From: an uncultured Clostridia bacterium
GTDB lineage: Bacteria > Bacillota > Clostridia > Christensenellales > UBA1242
Length of the DNA: 64,000 nt
Assembly (NCBI GenBank): GCA_944381145.1
Contig: CALWJZ010000003.1
Location: 6,616-70,615, forward strand
Direction of reading: 5' to 3'
Within the stretch, counting starts at the first letter, position 1. Each line of letters begins with the position of its first letter. The notes beneath the pieces are model-generated. The model worked only from the letters and a program-made list of their open reading frames with translations. It had not been told where the DNA came from and did no database searches. Shown here piece by piece: positions 42,198 through 48,649 of the stretch. The translations under genes were made by a program, and so were the position numbers.

Positions 42198-42926
42198 ATG
42201 AAAATTATAGTTTTTATTCTTATTATTTTAATAAATTTAATCAACATAAATCATTCATTTGTATACTCAAAAAGCGAATATGCACGTGCAATTAATCCTG
42301 TTTATCTATATAACACATCAAACAATAATGAAAATTCAAATATAAAATGTATAATAGAAAAAAGTTATTTTGTTGAAATAATCTCCGAAATCAATGATTA
42401 TTACAGAGTTAATTACAATGGAACAACTGGATTTGTAAAAAAGAATGATGTAAAAGTAACAACAAGTATACCTTCTACACCATATCCTTATAATATAAAA
42501 ATTGAAATTGAGAATGACTGCAATTTAAGATCTTCTCCAACAACAAAATCAAGCATAAATAATGTTTTAGCAACTCTAAAATCAGGAGAAACCAACATCC
42601 AATTTATAGGTAGAATATTTTCAGAAGAAGCAATAGATTTTGGAGGAACAACATGGTATTATGTGAATTTTCAAGGACAATATGGATATATTTATAATAA
42701 ATATGTAAAATCTGTTTCACCAATATATGAAAATACCGAAGTTGTCAATTTTAAATCTGAAAATATTACCGATTTAACAAACCCAATAACTCACACCTCT
42801 AATATAATTTTGATTATAATATTATTTATCCCTTGCTTACTAATATTATTAATTTTGTATTATCCAAGAAAACGTAACAAAAAATCAAAATCTCATAAAA
42901 CTCCAAAACTAAATGAAAAATATTAA
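42198..42926 (+). CDS. signal-peptide / 2x SH3b / C-terminal TM-anchored surface protein
   Basis: 242 aa. N-terminal hydrophobic leader. SH3b blocks YYRVNYNGTTGFVKKNDV and CNLRSSPTT...TTWYYVNFQGQYGYIYNKYV. C-terminal IILIIILFIPCLLILLILYY followed by a basic tail. Confidence 0.65.
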   Translation: MKIIVFILIILINLININHSFVYSKSEYARAINPVYLYNTSNNNENSNIKCIIEKSYFVEIISEINDYYRVNYNGTTGFVKKNDVKVTTSIPSTPYPYNIKIEIENDCNLRSSPTTKSSINNVLATLKSGETNIQFIGRIFSEEAIDFGGTTWYYVNFQGQYGYIYNKYVKSVSPIYENTEVVNFKSENITDLTNPITHTSNIILIIILFIPCLLILLILYYPRKRNKKSKSHKTPKLNEKY

Positions 42927-43474
42927 CAAATAAAAGAATTATAAGCAAATTCAATTTGTGATATTTCGTTGAGAACTCTTTTTACAACTACTTTATCTAA
43001 AGAGTCTTCTTCTTTATTACACTTACTCAAAACCTCATCATAAACTGACAGCAACCATTTTTCAGTAGAATATTCTGTTTCAAAAAATTGCAAATCAAAT
43101 CCACATTCTATCATTTGTTCATTAAAATTTTCCAAAGCTTTCATTTTTTTCCTAAAAAAAGTCCTTATACTTACACCTAAAAATTGTGCAATTAATTCAC
43201 TTTTCACACCATCTATAAAAGCTAATCCTAAAATTCTCCTATCAGTTTTATTCAAACTACCCAAGGCTTCTTCAACTGCAATTTTTAAGTTAATCATTTT
43301 TCTTTTTCTATCTATTAATTCAATCATTTTACGCGTTTGATAATATGTCGTTTGATTTCTTTGTATATTTTGATTACTATATTTACCTGTATCCAATACT
43401 ATTTTATCTATAGTGTTAACCATTTTTTCAAGGTACCTATAAATTGATAATGCTGATTTACTCCAATATTTCAT
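42923..43474 (-). CDS. sigma-70 region-4-type HTH regulator (ArpU/RinA-like phage late activator candidate)
   Basis: 183 aa. LNKTDRRILGLAFIDGVKSELIAQFLGVSIRTFFRKKMKALENF is a region-4-like HTH. GGAGG lies 5 nt before the ATG. Located at the head of the phage-like cluster. Confidence 0.45.
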   Translation of the reverse strand: MKYWSKSALSIYRYLEKMVNTIDKIVLDTGKYSNQNIQRNQTTYYQTRKMIELIDRKRKMINLKIAVEEALGSLNKTDRRILGLAFIDGVKSELIAQFLGVSIRTFFRKKMKALENFNEQMIECGFDLQFFETEYSTEKWLLSVYDEVLSKCNKEEDSLDKVVVKRVLNEISQIEFAYNSFIC

Positions 43475-43706
43475 TCATCCCTCCAACACGTTTACTGAAT
43501 TTTTTTATAGTATAATGTATAAATTTGTCGCAAGTCAAAACTTTATGTCAAATTTTTGTAAAATTTTTAAAAATTTTGTACAATTTTGCAAGTTTTAATT
43601 ACTTGTAGTAATTAATTTTTATTAAAATGACATAAAAAAATTTTTTTAATTTATAAAAAAATCAAATAAATTACCTTTAAAACAACAAAATAAAGTATCA
43701 AAATTA

Positions 43707-43735
43707 TTGTCAAAATAATGTATGTATGCTAAAAT
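43707..43735 (+). promoter_or_regulatory. sigma-A-type promoter of the 854-aa surface-protein gene
   Basis: TTGTCA (43707-43712), 17 nt, TAAAAT (43730-43735), preceded by TGc (extended -10-like). AGGAG SD at 43745-43749. Confidence 0.6.
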
Positions 43736-43756
43736 CAAGATAATTAGGAGAACATT

Positions 43757-46321
43757 ATGAAAAAGGCAATTTTGTTTACATTTTTGTTGTTACTGAGTGT
43801 AATTTTTACGCCTTTTTTTCAAAGTTATGTATTAGCAATAGAAGATAATCAATTTCAACCAACAACAATTTATCCAGAAGAAATAATAGATTATGTAGAT
43901 TTAAACAATATATCAACATTTGCTATTAATCAAGATTACATAGTTTACACTTTAGACAAAAGTAAGTTAACTATTTATCAAATAGAAACTAGACAATTTT
44001 ATTATATAGACAATTTTAATAATATAAATAAAATTAAATTTCTTAATTCTTCAATTATTGTTGGAGATAATAACGGAATCAATGTAATTGATAATTATAT
44101 TTCTGCTAACCCACAAATCTCAAAATTAAATGAAATAAATGTGACAAACAGCAAAGCTATAGATATATATACTTCAAATAATTATATGTATATAGGTACA
44201 ATAAATAATAATACATTTAACTTGTACAAATACGAACTAAACGAAAAAGAAGTCAGTCTTATAAAATCTATTGAATCGCCCTATTTAGAAAATGCATACA
44301 TGATTGCAATTAACGATTACAATGCATATGTTGTGTACAAAACAAATAATAGTGAAAAATTCTCTACAGGTTTATGTATTTTTAATTTAAAATCAACAAA
44401 TACATCTGCAATTATCAAGGATCCTTTTAAAGTAAATGCATCAGTATTAGATACTTTTATATATAATGATGTTGAATATTTGGTAACATTTACAAATGAA
44501 AATTTATTTTTATTATCAAACGATGCAAGTGATTTAAGCAACATACACATCGCTAATGATGGCGACCTAGAAACAAATAATTTCCCAATATTTAATATTA
44601 CAGATATAAACTTTTTTGATAATAAAATTTATGTTTCTGATGTTGAATTCAAAACAATTCAAACGTTTAATATCTTAAAAACCGATAATTCAACAAATTT
44701 AATGTCAGATTCTATTATACTTGGTAGCAAAGGTTTTGACAAAGGAAGATTTGATAATGTAAATGACATTTATATTCAAGGCGACACAATTTTTACATCA
44801 GATACTGGAAATAATAGAATTCATTACTTATTAAATAATAAATCATATTTTATACAAATTGATGAAGCAAATGCAAATATTCATTCCGTAACTACAGATA
44901 AAAACAATGATATATACTTTGTCAAAAACGACTTAACAAAATCTACATTAGTAAAATATAGATTTTCTGAAAACTCCTATATTTTAGATTCACAATATTC
45001 TCAAGTAAATACCGAAAATATAGGATTTGTGTCAGATATATGTATTACAAATACAAATAATGTTTTTTTGTTAGACTACACAAATAATAATTTATTATTT
45101 TTGTCAGGGAATGGATTAGTAATCAGAAAAAATTTGCCTATTTTACTAAACAACAATAGCCAAATTGAATATATAAAATCAATTGACAAATTGATTATTT
45201 TAAATAACGAAATTTTATATTGCTTAAATACTAATGGAGAAATCATTTCTCAAAAAGAAATTATTGATACAACTTGTATAACTGTAGATTTTGATAAATT
45301 TTATGCAATAACAAATGATAAAATAATTTTACTGAAATTTGATATAAATAATAATACAATAATAGAAGAAAGAAGTATTCAAATAGAGAATTTGAGCAAT
45401 TATAAAGCTTACTGTTTTGATATTATTAATCGTAAAATGGTTTCATTTGATAAAGTAAGAAATTGTTTAGTAGAGTTTACATGTAATATAAACCAAAATC
45501 CATTTTTATTTAGCGATATCACAATAAATGAACCACTTACTGTCGAACCTTTGCCATTAAAAATTATTAATCAATCTTTAATTTACGAATATCCGTATGA
45601 ATTAGGAAACTTTTATAATACGGAAAATAATATTTCTATGTGTGTAGGAATAGAAGAATATAATGATTATTACAGAATTTTATTTGAAAATAATGACTCA
45701 TTACAATGTGGTTTTATTCCAAAAACTTCAACAGAAGTACAACCAATTATTTATAATCCAATAAAGGTTATAACTACGAATCAGATTGTCCCTGTTTATA
45801 AATACCCTACCTTGCTAACTTATAATAGCGAAAGATTAATTATTAATAATTTAAATATAAATACAAAAATTATTCTTACTTCTGTTTACCCTGTTTCACT
45901 TGATACAAAAACTTTTTATGTTTATAAAAACAATAATGAAATAGGATTTATTTTCAATGCTGATGTTGTATTAGATGAAAGCAACAATATTCAAAATTTA
46001 AATACTGAAAATGCAAAAATAAAATTAATTGGACAGGATAGTATATCATTACTAAAAGATGATAAAACAACTGAAATAATTAAATTAAAAAATAACGATA
46101 GAATTTATGTTGAAAAATATGATAAAAATAGTGAGTATACAAAAATTATATATAAAGATAAAGATTTAAATACTTATGAAGGATATATAAAAACAGAATA
46201 TATTGAAATGGACAAATTGGACAATTTCAAAATTGTTTTAATTATAATTATCATAGTATCTATAATATTGTTGGCATTGATAGTTACAACATATATAGTA
46301 ATAAAAAAGAAAAATAAATAA
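43757..46321 (+). CDS. large secreted repeat protein (beta-propeller/NHL-like), 3x SH3b-like, C-terminal TM anchor
   Basis: 854 aa. Signal peptide MKKAILFTFLLLLSVIF. One clear NHL-type DTGNNRIHYL. C-terminal SH3b-like blocks ending YEGYIKTEYIE, then IVLIIIIIVSIILLALIVTTYIVIKKKNK. Confidence 0.6.
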   Translation: MKKAILFTFLLLLSVIFTPFFQSYVLAIEDNQFQPTTIYPEEIIDYVDLNNISTFAINQDYIVYTLDKSKLTIYQIETRQFYYIDNFNNINKIKFLNSSIIVGDNNGINVIDNYISANPQISKLNEINVTNSKAIDIYTSNNYMYIGTINNNTFNLYKYELNEKEVSLIKSIESPYLENAYMIAINDYNAYVVYKTNNSEKFSTGLCIFNLKSTNTSAIIKDPFKVNASVLDTFIYNDVEYLVTFTNENLFLLSNDASDLSNIHIANDGDLETNNFPIFNITDINFFDNKIYVSDVEFKTIQTFNILKTDNSTNLMSDSIILGSKGFDKGRFDNVNDIYIQGDTIFTSDTGNNRIHYLLNNKSYFIQIDEANANIHSVTTDKNNDIYFVKNDLTKSTLVKYRFSENSYILDSQYSQVNTENIGFVSDICITNTNNVFLLDYTNNNLLFLSGNGLVIRKNLPILLNNNSQIEYIKSIDKLIILNNEILYCLNTNGEIISQKEIIDTTCITVDFDKFYAITNDKIILLKFDINNNTIIEERSIQIENLSNYKAYCFDIINRKMVSFDKVRNCLVEFTCNINQNPFLFSDITINEPLTVEPLPLKIINQSLIYEYPYELGNFYNTENNISMCVGIEEYNDYYRILFENNDSLQCGFIPKTSTEVQPIIYNPIKVITTNQIVPVYKYPTLLTYNSERLIINNLNINTKIILTSVYPVSLDTKTFYVYKNNNEIGFIFNADVVLDESNNIQNLNTENAKIKLIGQDSISLLKDDKTTEIIKLKNNDRIYVEKYDKNSEYTKIIYKDKDLNTYEGYIKTEYIEMDKLDNFKIVLIIIIIVSIILLALIVTTYIVIKKKNK

Positions 46322-46349
46322 AAAGATATAATTAAACCTTATATCTTTT
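46321..46349. terminator. bidirectional hairpin terminator
   Basis: AAAAGATATA (46321-46330) pairs with TATATCTTTT (46340-49). It overlaps the stop of the convergent minus-strand ORF. Confidence 0.6.
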
Positions 46350-46806
46350 TATTTTTTTGCTTCTTTTTGTAATTTTTTTTGTTTTGCATAGTATTAAAAT
46401 TAAAAATATACATGATTGATAAAGTAGTTAAAATAATAACTAGTCCACCACATAATAAAGGTAATACTATTCTTCTATAATCTAAATTATAAATGACACC
46501 TATTGGATTATTTTCATCGTAATATATTGTAATTATATCACCAATTTCATTCTTTGAAATATAAGATGTTGTTTTTTTGTAATATACATTGTTAACTTCA
46601 TATACTATAATGTCGTATAACAATTCCCCATCTTTTTCATGATCAACAACTTCTGCACTCGTTTTTTTGAAATATCCATAATCTCTATAGTAATTTATTT
46701 CCCAAATTATTGTATAAATAATTAGAAAACATACAACTATAGCAAAAACAATTAAATATAGTTTGTACTGATTCTTTCTTATATCTTTTTCGTTAATACC
46801 TTGCAC
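46339..46806 (-). CDS. DUF3592-like membrane protein
   Basis: No in-frame ATG near the 5' end. TGGAG lies 6 nt before GTG 46806, giving (M)QGINEKDIRKNQYKLYLIVFAIVVCFLIIY, i.e. a basic N-terminus followed by a TM. The track starts at TTG 46884. Beta-rich loop plus a C-terminal TM, as in DUF3592. Confidence 0.5.
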   Translation of the reverse strand: MQGINEKDIRKNQYKLYLIVFAIVVCFLIIYTIIWEINYYRDYGYFKKTSAEVVDHEKDGELLYDIIVYEVNNVYYKKTTSYISKNEIGDIITIYYDENNPIGVIYNLDYRRIVLPLLCGGLVIILTTLSIMYIFNFNTMQNKKNYKKKQKNKKI

Positions 46807-46884
46807 TCTATACTCCAAAATTATCAAATAATAAATAAAATATTTATATAATTTTAGATTAACACAAAACCATATTTTTATCAA

Positions 46885-47562
46885 TTATCTTACATAATAA
46901 TTTTCTAATTGACCTATAGATGTCATTACCGTATCTACATGATCATCATTATTTAATAGTTCAATTTTATTTAGACTAACTTCATATGCTGTTTTTGTAA
47001 CTAATGAATCATTTATTTTTTTCTGATATTCTCTACTTTGGATTCGCCCTGTAACAGTTACTTTGTCACCAACATTAAATGTTTTTACAAGTCTTGCATT
47101 TTTTCCCCAAGCAATACATGGCAAATAATCAGATTTATTATAACTTCGATTTACAGCAATTAAAATATCCGAAATTTCTCTTTTGAAAGGTGTAGTTCGA
47201 AAAACAGGTTCTTTGCAAAGATATCCTGTTATTTCAATATAATTTGGATTTTCACATTCTTCATATGGCATAATTCGATTCAAAAACACAGTTAAAATTA
47301 ATTTGCTTTTTCCATCAATTAATTTATTATAACTTCTAAATTGACCATAACCACACAATTTAGAACCATCATTTAAATCATTATCAATTAATAATTTTTC
47401 GCTAATAGTAACAGGTATAATATCAAACAAAGATGATAGTCTAGAAACTTTCAAATTAAATTCAAAAAAATTTTCCCCATAAACTTCATGACTAAATTTT
47501 GGCTCTCCTTGTATTTCTCCACATACAAAAACCTTGTTATTTTTCATTAGATTATAATCCAT
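46885..47562 (-). CDS. tandem OB-fold SSB-like protein
   Basis: 225 aa. Two SSB/PriB-like OB segments (NKVFVCGEIQGEPKFSHEVYGENFFEFNLKVSR and YIEITGYLCKEPVFRTTPFKREISDILIAVNR...VTVTGRIQSREY). No acidic SSB C-terminal tail. Confidence 0.5.
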   Translation of the reverse strand: MDYNLMKNNKVFVCGEIQGEPKFSHEVYGENFFEFNLKVSRLSSLFDIIPVTISEKLLIDNDLNDGSKLCGYGQFRSYNKLIDGKSKLILTVFLNRIMPYEECENPNYIEITGYLCKEPVFRTTPFKREISDILIAVNRSYNKSDYLPCIAWGKNARLVKTFNVGDKVTVTGRIQSREYQKKINDSLVTKTAYEVSLNKIELLNNDDHVDTVMTSIGQLENYYVR

Positions 47563-47579
47563 AAAAACACCCTACCTTA

Positions 47580-48344
47580 TTAATTTTTTCTTTGTATTCC
47601 CAAATTATCAATGTAATAATCACTTTCGTATATTAGTTCACCTACAGATACTACTTCATAACCTGCGTTTAATAATCTTTCAAGCATTAATGGAAGTGCT
47701 TCCAATACATGATCTGAATTATTATGATTTAGAATAATACTTCCATTTTTTACTTTACTCATAACTCTTTCGCAAATTTCAACACCACTTAAGCCTTGCC
47801 AATCAAGGGTATCTACGTCCCACTGAATAGTTTTTAGATTTAAATCAGATGCAACATTAATCATTGTATTATTATATGCACCATAAGGTGCTCTAAATAA
47901 ATTAACTTCTTTGCCAGTAATATTTTTGATTAAATCAATGCTTGTAGTTAATTCCAACTTCATTTGACTTTCAGCAAGAGTTGTGAAATCTGGATGTGTA
48001 TTGCTATGTGTACCTATTTCAATTCCCTGATCATTAATTGCTTTTACCATTTCAGGATACTCTTCCACCCAAAACCCAACCATAAAAAATGTTGCACCAA
48101 CATTATATTCTTTCAAAATTTCAAGAATTTTTAGAGTTTTGTCTGCTCCCCACGCAGTATCAAATGTCAAAGCGACTTTTTTTTCGTTCGTATCGACAGA
48201 ATAAATTGGTACTAGTCTTGGAGCTTGACCAAAAAACACACTTGCACTAGCTCCACCCTGAAAATTAATCGATAACATAATAATACTTACAATTGTTACT
48301 ATACATAACCAAAAAAACTTTTTTTTAATTACTACAAATTTCAT
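47580..48344 (-). CDS. polysaccharide deacetylase (NodB domain, secreted/anchored)
   Basis: N-terminal TM or signal segment. LTFDTAWG, ATFFMVG and GTHSNTHPDF NodB motifs. Confidence 0.85.
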   Translation of the reverse strand: MKFVVIKKKFFWLCIVTIVSIIMLSINFQGGASASVFFGQAPRLVPIYSVDTNEKKVALTFDTAWGADKTLKILEILKEYNVGATFFMVGFWVEEYPEMVKAINDQGIEIGTHSNTHPDFTTLAESQMKLELTTSIDLIKNITGKEVNLFRAPYGAYNNTMINVASDLNLKTIQWDVDTLDWQGLSGVEICERVMSKVKNGSIILNHNNSDHVLEALPLMLERLLNAGYEVVSVGELIYESDYYIDNLGIQRKN

Positions 48345-48523
48345 TTGGTACTCCTAAATTATATAATTTAATAATTTTTAAGTTTATTTTTTTTTGAGTC
48401 TATATTTGCTTTGTTAAAACGATTTTTGTCTAATTTTATAGAAAGTTTATAAATTAAATTTTAAAATTTAATTCTATAGTTTTACATTAATGTATATTAA
48501 TCAAAACTTATCATTAGAACTAA

Positions 48524-48556
48524 TAAAAAAAAGAATAGATAAAATTATCTATTCTT
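48524..48556 (-). terminator. rho-independent terminator after the topoisomerase genes
   Basis: AAGAATAGAT (48531-40) pairs with ATCTATTCTT (48547-56) across a 6-nt loop, with a U-run on the minus sense. Confidence 0.7.
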
Positions 48557-48649
48557 ATATGTTTATAATGTTTATAAATTTTTTTTAAATTTGAATAATA
48601 TATTATTTGACTTATTATAAAAAACATTTTAAATCTTTTTTTATTTTTG

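Larger units (their letters stand above)
31464..43474 (-). mobile_element. phage-derived particle gene cluster (cryptic or domesticated; outer boundaries uncertain)
   Basis: Terminase, portal, scaffold, capsid and holins lie in one coupled operon, with a region-4-type regulator at the upstream end. I found no integrase, att repeats, replication or lysogeny genes. Confidence 0.7.

Noticed and set aside
42923-43474. Interpreting the 183-aa regulator as a TcdR/UviA-type group-5 sigma factor, prompted by the UviB-like gene in the operon.
   Set aside because: I see only one region-4-like HTH, in the middle of the protein, and no region-2-like segment. The N-terminus does not resemble TcdR as I recall it. 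An ArpU/RinA-like activator is the more conservative reading.
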